This document shows, in pieces, positions 52,201 through 64,000 of a DNA stretch of 64,000 nucleotides. Each line of letters begins with the position of its first letter. The first letter of the stretch is position 1. The stretch is from contig CM082581.2 in the NCBI GenBank assembly GCA_040954595.2, positions 1,852,699-1,916,698 on the forward strand, given 5' to 3'. The position numbers and the translations under genes are program-made. Source of the DNA: Balanoglossus misakiensis. Taxonomy: Eukaryota > Animalia > Hemichordata. The notes under the pieces are model-generated. The model worked only from the letters and a program-made list of their open reading frames with translations. It was not told the DNA's origin and made no database searches.

Positions 52201-55200
52201 ATTAGCAATGTCAAAGTACAGTGCTTTTCGACACGTATTAACCCACAGATTTTTCAACAACCTGAAATCCCCATATGCATTTAATACCCATGTCAAAGTG
52301 AAGTGTTTGCATCACTATCTACCCTGATGCATCATAAAGCTTGCTACGCCATTTACCCTGATGCAAAGAATCAGATTCAATGTCATCGTTACATTAGCAA
52401 TGTCAAAGTACAGTGCTTTTGGACACGTATTAACCCAGGGATTTATCATCAACTTGAAATCCCCATATGCATTTAATACCCATGTCAAAGTGAAGTGATT
52501 GCATCACTATCTATCCTGATGCATCATCAACCTTGCTTCGCCATTTGCCCTGATGCAAAGAATCAGATTCAATGTCATCATTGCATTAGCAATGTCAAAT
52601 TGGAGTGCTTTTGGCCACGTATTAACCTATGGATTTACATTTAACATTAAATACCCATGTGAAAGTGCAGAGTTTGCATCACCATCTACTCTGATGCATC
52701 ATTGAGCTTGCTTCGCCATTTGCCCTAATGCAAAGAATCCCATTCAATGTCACCATTGCATATGCAATGTCAAAGTACAGTGCTTTCCGCCACGTATTAA
52801 CCCAGGGATTTACAGACAACTTTAAATCCCCCAGTAGGCATTTTATACCCATGTCAAAGTGCAGAGCTTGCATCACTATCTACCCTGATGCATCATCAAC
52901 CTTGCTTCGCCATTTACCCTGATGCAAAGAATCAGATTCAATGTCACCGTTGCATTAGCAATGTCAAAGTACAGTGCTTTTGGACACGTATTAACCCAGG
53001 GATTTACAGACAACTTTAAATCCCCCTGTAGGCATTTTACACCCATGTCAAAGTGAAGTGTTTGCATCACTATCTACCCTGATGCATCATAAAGCTTGCT
53101 ACGCCATTTACCCTGATGCAAAGAATCAGATTCAATGTCATCATTGCATTAGCAATGTCAAAGTACAGTGCTTTTCGACACGTATTAACCCACAGATTTT
53201 TCAACAACCTGAAATCCCCATATGCATTTAATACCCATGTCAAAGTGAAGTGTTTGCATCACTATCTACCCTGATGCATCATAAAGCTTGCTACGCCATT
53301 TACCCTGATGCAAAGAATCAGATTCAATGTCATCGTTACATTAGCAATGTCAAAGTACAGTGCTTTTGGACACGTATTAACCCAGGGATTTATCATCAAC
53401 TTGAAATCCCCATATGCATTTAATACCCATGTCAAAGTGAAGTGATTGCATCACTATCTACCCTGATGCAATATCAACCTTGCTTCGCCATTTGCCCAGA
53501 TGCAAAGAATCAGATTCAATGTCATCGTTGCATTAGCAATGTCAAATTAGAGTGCTTTTGGCCACGTATTAACCTATGGATTTACATTTAACATTAAATA
53601 CCCATGTGAAAGTGCAGAGTTTGCATCACCATCTACTCTGATGCATCATTGAGCTTGCTTCGCCATTTGCCCTAATGCAAAGAATCCCATTCAATGTCAC
53701 CATTGCATATGCAATGTCAAAGTACAGTGCTTTCAGCCACGTATTAACCCAGGGATTTACAGACAACTTTAAATCCCCCTGTAGGCATTTTATACCCATG
53801 TCAAAGGGCAGAGCTTGCATCACTATCTACCCTGATGCATCATCAACCTTGCTTTGCCATTTACCCTGATGCAAAGAATCAGATTCAATGTCATCGCTGC
53901 ATTAGCAATGTCAAAGTACAGTGTTTTTGGACACGTATTAACCCAGGGATTTACAGACAACTTTAAATCCCCCTGTAGGCATTTTATACCCATGTCAAAG
54001 TGAAGTGTTTGCATCACTATCTACCCTGATGCGTCATAAAGCTTGCTACGCCATTTACCCTGATGCAAAGAATCAGATTCAATGTCATCATTGCATTAGC
54101 AATGTCAAAGTACAGTGCTTTTGGACACGTACTAACCCACAGATTTTTCAACAACCTGAAATCCCCATATGCATTTAATACCCATGTCAAAGTGAAGTGT
54201 TTGCATCACTATCTACCCTGATGCGTCATAAAGCTTGCTACGCCATTTACCCTGATGCAAAGAATCAGATTCAATGTCATCGTTGCATTAGCAATGTCAA
54301 AGTACAGTGCTTTTGGACACGTATTAACCCACAGATTTTTCAACAACCTGAAATCCCCATATGCATTTAATACCCATGTCAAAGTGAAGTGTTTGCATCA
54401 CTATCTACCCTGATGCATCATAAAGCTTGCTACGCCATTTACCCTGATGCAAAGAATCAGATTCAATGTCATCGTTGCATTAGCAATGTCAAAGTACAGT
54501 GCTTTTGGACACGTATTAACCCAGGGATTTATCATCAATTTGAAATCCCCATATGCATTTAATACCAATGTCAAAGTGAAGTGATTGCATCACTATCTAC
54601 CCTGATGCATCATCAACCTTGCTTCGCCATTTGCCTTGATGCAAAGAATCAGATTCAATGTCATCGTTGCATTAGCAATGTCAAATTAGAGTGCTTTTGG
54701 CCACGTATTAACCTATGGATTTACATTTAACATTAAATACCCATGTGAAAGTGCAGAGTTTGCATCACCATCTACTCTGATGCATCATTGAGCTTGCTTC
54801 GCCATTTGCCCTAATGCAAAGAATCCCATTCAATGTCACCATTGCATATGCAATGTCAAAGTACAGTGCTTTCCGCCACGTATTAACCCAGGGATTTACA
54901 GACAACTTTAAATCCCCCTGTAGGCATTTTATACCCATGTCAAAGTGCAGAGCTTGCATCACTATCTACCCTGATGCATCATCAACCTTGCTTCGCCATT
55001 TACCCTGATGCAAAGAATCAGATTCAATGTCATCGTTGCATTAGCAATGTCAAAGTACAGTGCTTTTGGACACGTATTAACCCAGGGATTTACAGACAAC
55101 TTTAAATCCCCCTGTAGGCATTTTATACCCATGTCAAAGTGAAGTGTTTGCATCACTATCTACCCTGATGCATCATAAAGCTTGTTACGCCATTTACCCT

Positions 55201-58200
55201 GATGCAAAGAATCAGATTCAATGTCATCGTTGCATTAGCAATGTCAAAGTACAGTGCTTTTGGACACGTATTAACCCAGGGATTTACAGACAACTTTAAA
55301 TCCCCCTGTAGGCATTTTATACCCATGTCAAAGTGAAGTGTTTGCATCACTATCTACCCTGATGCATCATAAAGCTTGTTACGCCATTTACCCTGATGCA
55401 AAGAATCAGATTCAATGTCATCATTGCATTAGCAATGTCAAAGTACAGTGCTTTTCGACACGTATTAACCCACAGATTTTTCAACAACCTGAAATCCCCA
55501 TATGCATTTAATACCCATGTCAAAGTGAAGTGTTTGCATCACTATCTACCCTGATGCATCATAAAGCTTGCTACGCCATTTACCCTGATGCAAAGAATCA
55601 GATTCAATGTCATTGTTATATTAGCAATGTCAAAGTACAGTGCTTTTGGACACGTATTAACCCAGGGATTTATCATCAACTTGAAATCCCCATATGCATT
55701 TAATACCCATGTCAAAGTGAAGTGATTGCATCACTATCTATCCTGATGCATCATCAACCTTGCTTCGCTATTTGCCCTGATGCAAAGAATCAGATTCAAT
55801 GTCATCGTTGCATTAGCAATGTCAAATTAGAGTGCTTTTGGCCACGTATTAACCTATTGATTTACATTTAACATTAAATACCCATGTGAAAGTGCAGAGT
55901 TTGCATCACCATCTACTCTGATGCATCATTGAGCTTGCTTCGCCATTTGCCCTAATGCAAAGAATCCCATTCAATGTCACCATTGCAAATGCAATGTCAA
56001 AGTACAGTGCTTTCCGCCACGTATTAACCCAGGGATTTACAGCCAACTTTAAATCCCCCAGTAGGCATTTTATACCCATGTCAAAGTGCAGAGCTTGCAT
56101 CACTATCTACCCTGATGCATCATCAACCTTGCTTCGCCATTTACCCTGATGCAAAGAATCAGATTCAATGTCATCGTTGCATTAGCAATGTCAAAGTACA
56201 GTGCTTCTGGACACGTATTAACCCAGGGATTTACAGACAACTTTAAATCCCCCTGTAGGCATTTTACACCCATGTCAAAGTGAAGTGTTTGCATCACTAT
56301 CTACCCTGATGCATCATAAAGCTTGCTACGCCATTTACCCTGATGCAAAGAATCAGATTCAATGTCATCATTGCATTAGCAATGTCAAAGTACAGTGCTT
56401 TTCGACACGTATTAACCCACAGATTTTTCAACAACCTGAAATCCCCATATGCATTTAATACCCATGTCAAAGTGAAGTGTTTGCATCACTATCTACCCTG
56501 ATGCATCATAAAGCTTGCTACGCCATTTACCCTGATGCAAAGAATCAGATTCAATGTCATCGTTACATTAGCAATGTCAAAGTACAGTGCTTTTGGACAC
56601 GTATTAACCCAGGGATTTATCATCAACTTGAAATCCCCATATGCATTTAATACCCATGTCAAAGTGAAGTGATTGCATCACTATCTACCCTGATGCAATA
56701 TCAACCTTGCTTCGCCATTTGCCCAGATGCAAAGAATCAGATTCAATGTCATCGTTGCATTAGCAATGTCAAATTAGAGTGCTTTTGGCCACGTATTAAC
56801 CTATGGATTTACATTTAACATTAAATACCCATGTGAAAGTGCAGAGTTTGCATCACCATCTACTCTGATGCATCATTGAGCTTGCTTCGCCATTTGCCCT
56901 AATGCAAAGAATCCCATTCAATGTCACCATTGCATATGCAATGTCAAAGTACAGTGCTTTCAGCCACGTATTAACCCAGGGATTTACAGACAACTTTAAA
57001 TCCCCCTGTAGGCATTTTATACCCATGTCAAAGTGCAGAGCTTGCATCACTATCTACCCTGATGCATCATCAACCTTGCTTTGCCATTTACCCTGATGCA
57101 AAGAATCAGATTCAATGTCATCGCTGCATTAGCAATGTCAAAGTACAGTGTTTTTGGACACGTATTAACCCAGGGATTTACAGACAACTTTAAATCCCCC
57201 TGTATGCTTTTTATACCCATGTCAAAGTGAAGTGTTTGCATCACTATCTACCCTGATGCGTCATAAAGCTTGCTACGCCATTTACCCTGATGCAAAGAAT
57301 CAGATTCAATGTCATCGTTGCATTAGCAATGTCAAAGTACAGTGCTTTTGGACACGTATTAACCCACAGATTTTTCAACAACCTGAAATCCCCATATGCA
57401 TTTAATACCCATGACAAAGTGAAGTGTTTGCATCACTATCTACCCTGATGCATCATAAAGCTTGCTACGCCATTTACCCTGATGCAAAGAATCAGATTCA
57501 ATGTCATCGTTGCATTAGCAATGTCAAAGTACAGTGCTTTTGGACACGTATTAACCCAGGGATTTATCATCAACTTGAAATCCCCATATGCATTTAATAC
57601 CAATGTCAAAGTGAAGTGATTGCATCACTATCTACCCTGATGCAATATCAACCTTGCTTTGCCATTTGCCCAGATGCAAAGAATCAGATTCAATGTCATC
57701 GTTGCATTAGCAATGTCAAATTAGAGTGCTTTTGGCCACGTATTAACCTATGGATTTACATTTAACATTAAATACCCATGTGAAAGTGCAGAGTTTGCAT
57801 CACCATCTACTCTGATGCATCATTGAGCTTGCTTCGCCATTTGCCCTAATGCAAAGAATCCCATTCAATGTCACCATTGCATATGCAATGTCAAAGTACA
57901 GTGCTTTCAGCCACGTATTAACCCAGGGATTTACAGACAACTTTAAATCCCCCTGTAGGCATTTTATACCCATGTCAAAGTGCAGAGCTTGCATCACTAT
58001 CTACCCTGATGCATCATCAACCTTGCTTTGCCATTTACCCTGATGCAAAGAATCAGATTCAATGTCATCGCTGCATTAGCAATGTCAAAGTACAGTGTTT
58101 TTGGACACGTATTAACCCAGGGATTTACAGACAACTTTAAATCCCCCTGTATGCTTTTTATACCCATGTCAAAGTGAAGTGTTTGCATCACTATCTACCC

Positions 58201-61200
58201 TGATGCGTCATAAAGCTTGCTACGCCATTTACCCTGATGCAAAGAATCAGATTCAATGTCATCGTTGCATTAGCAATGTCAAAGTACAGTGCTTTTGGAC
58301 ACGTATTAACCCAGGGATTTATCATCAACTTAAAATCCCCATATGCATTTAATACCAATGTCAAAGTGAAGTGATTGCATCACTATCTACCCTGATGCAT
58401 CATCAACCTTGCTTCGCCATTTGCCCTGATGCAAAGAATCAGATTCAATGTCATCGTTCCATTAGCAATGTCAAATTAGAGTGCTTTTGGCCACGTATTA
58501 ACCTATGGATTTACATTTAACATTAAATACCCATGTGAAAGTGCAGAGTTTGCATCACCATCTACTCTGATGCATCATTGAGCTTGCTTCGCCATTTGCC
58601 CTAATGCAAAGAATCCCATTCAATGTCACCATTGCATATGCAATGTCAAAGTACAGTGCTTTCCGCCACGTATTAACCCAGGGATTTACAGACAACTTTA
58701 AATCCCCCTGTAGGCATTTTATACCCATGTCAAAGTGCAGAGCTTGCATCACTATCTACCCTGATGCATCATCAACCTTGCTTCGCCATTTACCCTGATG
58801 CAAACAATCAGATTCAATGTCATCGCTGCATTAGCAATGTCAAAGTACAGTGTTTTTGGACACGTATTAACCCAGGGATTTACAGACAACTTTAAATCCC
58901 CCTGTAGGCATTTTATACCCATGTCAAAGTGAAGTGTTTGCATCACTATCTACCCTGATGCGTCATAAAGCTTGCTACGCCATTTACCCTGATGCAAAGA
59001 ATCAGATTCAATGTCATCGTTGCATTAGCAATGTCAAAGTACAGTGCTTTTGGACACGTATTAACCCACAGATTTTTCAACAACCTGAAATCCCCATATG
59101 CATTTAATACCCATGACAAAGTGAAGTGTTTGCATCACTATCTACCCTGATGCATCATAAAGCTTGCTACGCCATTTACCCTGATGCAAAGAATCAGATT
59201 CAATGTCATCGTTGCATTAGCAATGTCAAAGTACAGTGCTTTTGGACACGTATTAACCCAGGGATTTATCATCAACTTGAAATCCCCATATGCATTTAAT
59301 ACCAATGTCAAAGTGAAGTGATTGCATCACTATCTACCCTGATGCATCATCAACCTTGCTTCGCCATTTGCCCTGATGCAAAGAATCAGATTCAATGTCA
59401 TCGTTCCATTAGCAATGTCAAATTAGAGTGCTTTTGGCCACGTATTAACCTATGGATTTACATTTAACATTAAATACCCATGTGAAAGTGCAGAGTTTGC
59501 ATCACCATCTACTCTGATGCATCATTGAGCTTGCTTCGCCATTTGCCCTAATGCAAAGAATCCCATTCAATGTCACCATTGCATATGCAATGTCAAAGTA
59601 CAGTGCTTTCCGCCACGTATTAACCCAGGGATTTACAGACAACTTTAAATCCCCCAGTAGGCATTTTATACCCATGTCAAAGTGCACAGCTTGCATCACT
59701 ATCTACCCTGATGCATCATCAACCTTGCTTCGCCATTTACCCTGATGCAAAGAATCAGATTCAATGTCATCGTTGCATTAGCAATGTCAAAGTACAGTGC
59801 TTTTGGACACGTATTAACCCACAGATTTTTCAACAACATGAAATCCCCATATGCATTTAATACCCATGTCAAAGTGAAGTGTTTGCATCACTATCTACCC
59901 TGATGCATCATAAAGCTTGCTACGCCATATACCCTGATGCAAAGAATCAGATTCAATGTCATCGTTGCATTAGCAATGTCAAATTAGAGTGCTTTTGGCC
60001 ACGTATTAACCTATGGATTTACATTTAACATTAAATACCCATGTGAAAGTGCAGAGTTTGCATCACCATCTACTCTGATGCATCATTGAGCTTGCTTCGC
60101 CATTTGCCCTAATGCAAAGAATCCCATTCAATGTCACCATTGCATATGCAATGTCAAAGTACAGTGCTTTCCGCCACGTATTAACCCAGGGATTTACAGA
60201 CAACTTTAAATCCCCCAGTAGGCATTTTATACCCATGTCAAAGTGCAGAGCTTGCATCACTATCTACCCTGATGCATCATCAACCTTGCTTCGCCATTTA
60301 CCCTGATGCAAAGAATCAGATTCAATGTCATCGTTGCATTAGCAATGTCAAAGTACAGTGCTTTTGGACACGTATTAACCCACAGATTTTTCAACAACAT
60401 GAAATCCCCATATGCATTTAATACCCATGTCAAAGTGAAGTGTTTGCATCACTATCTACCCTGATGCATCATAAAGCTTGCTACGCCATATACCCTGATG
60501 CAAAGAATCAGATTCAATGTCATCGTTGCATTAGCAATGTCAAAGTACAGTGCTTTTGGACACGTATTAACCCAGGGATTTATCATCAACTTGAAATCCC
60601 CATATGCATTTAATACCAATGTCAAAGTGAAGTGATTGCATCACTATCTACCCTGATGCATCATCAACCTTGCTTCGCCATTTGCCCTGATGCAGAGAAT
60701 CAGATTCAATGTCATCGTTTCATTAGCAATGTCAAATTAGAGTGCTTTTGGCCACGTATTAACCTATGGATTTACATTTAACATTAAATACCCATGTTAA
60801 AGTGCAGAGTTTGCATCACCATCTACTCTGATGCATCATTGAGCTTGCTTCGCCATTTGCCCTAATGCAAAGAATCCCATTCAATGTCACCATTGCATAT
60901 GCAATGTCAAAGTACAGTGCTTTCCGCCACGTATTAACCCAGGGATTTACAGACAACTTTAAATCCCCCTGTAGGCATTTTATACCCATGTTAAAGTGCA
61001 GAGCTTGCATCACTATCTACCCTGATGCATCATCAACCTTGCTTCGCCATTTACCCTGATGCAAAGAATCAGATTCAATGTCATCGCTGCATTAGCAATG
61101 TCAAAGTACAGTGTTTTTGGACACGTATTAACCCACAGATTTTTCAACAACATGAAATCCCCATATGCATTTAATACCCATGTCAAAGTGAAGTGGTTGC

Positions 61201-63820
61201 ATCACTATCTACCCTGATGCATCATAAAGCTTGCTACGCCATATACCCTGATGCAAAGAATCAGATTCAATGTCATCGTTGCATTAGCAATGTCAAAGTA
61301 CAGTGCTTTTGGACACGTATTAACCCAGGGATTTATCATCAACTTGAAATCCCCATATGCATTTAATACCAATGTCAAAGTGAAGTGATTGCATCACTAT
61401 CTACCCTGATGCATCATCAACCTTGCTTCGCCATTTGCCCTGATGCAGAGAATCAGATTCAATGTCATCGTTTCATTAGCAATGTCAAATTAGAGTGCTT
61501 TTGGCCACGTATTAACCTATGGATTTACATTTAACATTAAATACCCATGTTAAAGTGCAGAGTTTGCATCACCATCTACTCTGATGCATCATTGAGCTTG
61601 CTTCGCCATTTGCCCTAATGCAAAGAATCCCATTCAATGTCACCATTGCATATGCAATGTCAAAGTACAGTGCTTTCCGCCACGTATTAACCCAGGGATT
61701 TACAGACAACTTTAAATCCCCCTGTAGGCATTTTATACCCATGTTAAAGTGCAGAGCTTGCATCACTATCTACCCTGATGCATCATCAACCTTGCTTCGC
61801 CATTTACCCTGATGCAAAGAATCAGATTCAATGTCATCGCTGCATTAGCAATGTCAAAGTACAGTGTTTTTGGACACGTATTAACCCAGGGATTTACAGA
61901 CAACTTTAAATCCCCCTGTAGGCATTTTATACCCATGTCAAAGTGAAGTGTTTGCATCACTATCTACCCTGATGCATCATAAAGCTTGCTACGCCATTTA
62001 CCCTGATGCAAAGAATCAGATTCAATGTCATCATTGCATTAGCAATGTCAAAGTACAGTGCTTTTCGACACGTATTAACCCACAGATTTTTCAACAACCT
62101 GAAATCCCCATATGCATTTAATACCCATGACAAAGTGAAGTGTTTGCATTACTATCTACCCTGATGCATCATAAAGCTTGCTACGCCATTTACCCTGATG
62201 CAAACAATCAGATTCAATGTCATCGTTGCATTAGCAATGTCAAAGTACAGTGCTTTTGGACACGTATTAACCCACAGATTTTTCAACAACCTGAAATCCC
62301 CATATACATTTAATACCCATGTCAAAGTGAAGTGTTTGCATTACTATCTACCCTGATGCATCATAAAGCTTGCTACGCCATTTACCCTGATGCAAAGAAT
62401 CATATTCAATGTCATCGTTGCATTAGCAATGTCAAAGTACAGTGCTTTTGGACACGTATTAACCCACAGATTTTTCAACAACCTGAAATCCCCATATGCA
62501 TTTAATACCCATGTCAAAGTGAAGTGTTTGCATTACTATCTACCCTGATGCATCATAAAGCTTGCTACGCCATATACCCTGATGCAAAGAATCAGATTCA
62601 ATGTCATCGTTGCATTAGCAATGTCAAATTACAGTGCTTTTGGACACGTATTAAACCAGGGATTTATCATCAACTTGAAATCCCCATATGCATTTAATAC
62701 CAATGTCAAAGTGAAGTGATTGCATCACTATCTACCCTGATGCATCATCAACCTTGCTTCGCCATTTGCCCTGATGCAAAGAATCAGATTCAATGTCATC
62801 GTTGCATTAGCAATGTCAAATTAGAGTGCTTTTGGCCACGTATTAACCTATGGATTTACAGTTAACATTAAATACCCATGTGAAAGTGCAGAGTTTGCAT
62901 CACCATCTACTCTGATGCATCATTGAGCTTGCTTCGCCATTTGCCCTAATGCAAAGAATCCCATTCAATGTCACCATTGCATATGCAATGTCAAAGTACA
63001 GTGCTTTCCGCCACGTATTAACCCAGGGATTTACAGACAACTTTAAATCCCCCCTGTAGGCATTTTATACCCATGTCAAAGTGCAGAGCGTGCATCACTA
63101 TCTACCCTGATGCATCATCAACCTTGCTTCGCCATTTGCCCTGATGCAAAGAATCAGATTCAATGTCATCGTTGCATTAGCAATGTCAAATTAGAGTGCT
63201 TTTGGCCACGTATTAACCTATGGATTTACATTTAACATTAAATACCCATGTGAAAGTGCAGAGTTTGCATCACCATCTACTCTGATGCATCATTGAGCTT
63301 GCTTCGCAATTTACCCTGATGCAAAGAATCTGATTCAATGTCATCGTTGCATTAGCAATGTCAAAGTACAGTGCTTTTGGACACGTATTAACCCAGGGAT
63401 TTATCATCAACTTGAAATCCCCATATGCATTTAATACCCATGTCAAAGTGAAGTGATTGCATCACTATCTACCCTGATGCATCATCAACCTTGCTTCGCC
63501 ATTTGCCCTGATGCAAAGAATCAGATTCAATGTCATCGTTCCATTAACAATGTCAAAATAGAGTGCTTTTGGCCACGTATTAACCTATGGATTTACATTT
63601 AACATTAAATACCCATGTGAAAGTGCAGAGCTTGCATCACCATCTACTCTGATGCATCATTGAGCTTGCTTCGCCATTTGCCCTAATGCAAAGAATCCCA
63701 TTCAATGTCATCGTTGCATTAGCAATGTCAAAGTACAGTGCTTTCCGCCACGTATTAACCCAGGGATTTACTGACAACTTTAAATCCCCCTATACACATT
63801 TTATACCCATGTCAAAGTGC
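31212..63820. repeat. Satellite array of 175/192/194-bp monomers in higher-order repeats (mostly 947 and 1139 bp), interrupted at 32521-35352
   Basis: Marker-monomer spacings of 947, 1139, 945, 1141, 755, 753 and 561 bp are all sums of 194s, 192s and one 175. Confidence 0.98.
32521..35352. mobile_element. 2832-bp non-autonomous DNA transposon with CAGTCCCAACAG TIRs, TA TSD and subterminal repeats
   Basis: TA|CAGTCCCAACAG...CTGTTGGGACTG|TA; removal restores the satellite motif GGCCAYGTATTAACCC; TACGGGAAC/TACGGCAAC/GCTACAAC motifs cluster at both ends. Confidence 0.9.
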
Positions 63821-63862
63821 CAGGGTTCGAACCCATGATCCTCTAACCACTGGACTATGACT
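63820..63862 (-). mobile_element. tRNA-derived SINE-like head fragment
   Basis: Minus strand TAGTCCAGTGGTTAG (A box) and GGTTCGAACCC (B box); spacing too short for a full tRNA. Confidence 0.45.
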
Positions 63863-64000
63863 ATGTGACAGAATGACCTTTCTGTATGGTGCCTTGTTTA
63901 GCTCCTAGTCAGATTTCAAGAAAATGTGGAAAAGTGCAAATTAGTCTCTTTGAATTTCCAACAACTCAGTTTGTCAGCTCCCATATCCCAGTTCTCTGAC

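Noticed and set aside
31269-61960. Dozens of 64-65 aa ORFs (MMQALHFDMGIK...) resembling a tandem gene array
   Set aside because: Each is one 194-bp satellite monomer; monomer lengths of 194 and 175 are not multiples of 3, and there is no gene structure
31212-63820. CRISPR-like repeat/spacer array
   Set aside because: No unique spacers; whole monomers are homologous; no cas genes; eukaryotic context
35353-63820. Hammerhead ribozyme in the satellite monomer
   Set aside because: The motif is CTGATGC rather than the required CTGANGA, and I could not build the three-stem core with GAAA
63820-63862. Functional tRNA gene
   Set aside because: The A and B boxes are too close together; no anticodon arm or acceptor stem

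Overview
Eukaryotic, intron-bearing, AT-rich DNA (probably a marine invertebrate; inference) made almost entirely of transposable elements and tandem repeats. No ordinary host gene, rRNA, intact tRNA or CRISPR array is evident. In order: a 44-bp minisatellite (1-2460); a decayed Gypsy integrase with a chromodomain, PPT and probable 3' LTR; a decayed CR1/L2-type LINE RT; small foldback/MITE elements and a HIRAN-like fragment; an Academ-like transposase pseudogene split by an apparently intact 5.1-kb ISL2EU-type transposon (convergent SAP/SWIM/YqaJ and THAP-DDE genes, ~370-bp TIRs); an internally deleted Zator element; a Crypton tyrosine-recombinase pseudogene carrying an AcademH-type MITE with a 9-bp TSD; a 2664-bp tandem duplication; a second Zator-like element with a spliced transposase head-to-head with a spliced SAM-domain gene; and a ~32.6-kb satellite (175/192/194-bp monomers in higher-order repeats) that starts just inside a transposase intron and is interrupted by a 2.8-kb TA-flanked non-autonomous transposon. 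The most interesting structure is the ISL2EU element. Each TIR carries a CTCF-like motif, an ETS-like motif and a splice donor, and each gene has a splice acceptor 1-2 nt before its ATG, which suggests mirror-image promoter/first-exon cassettes driving both genes. Family assignments come from motif recognition by eye, not database searches.
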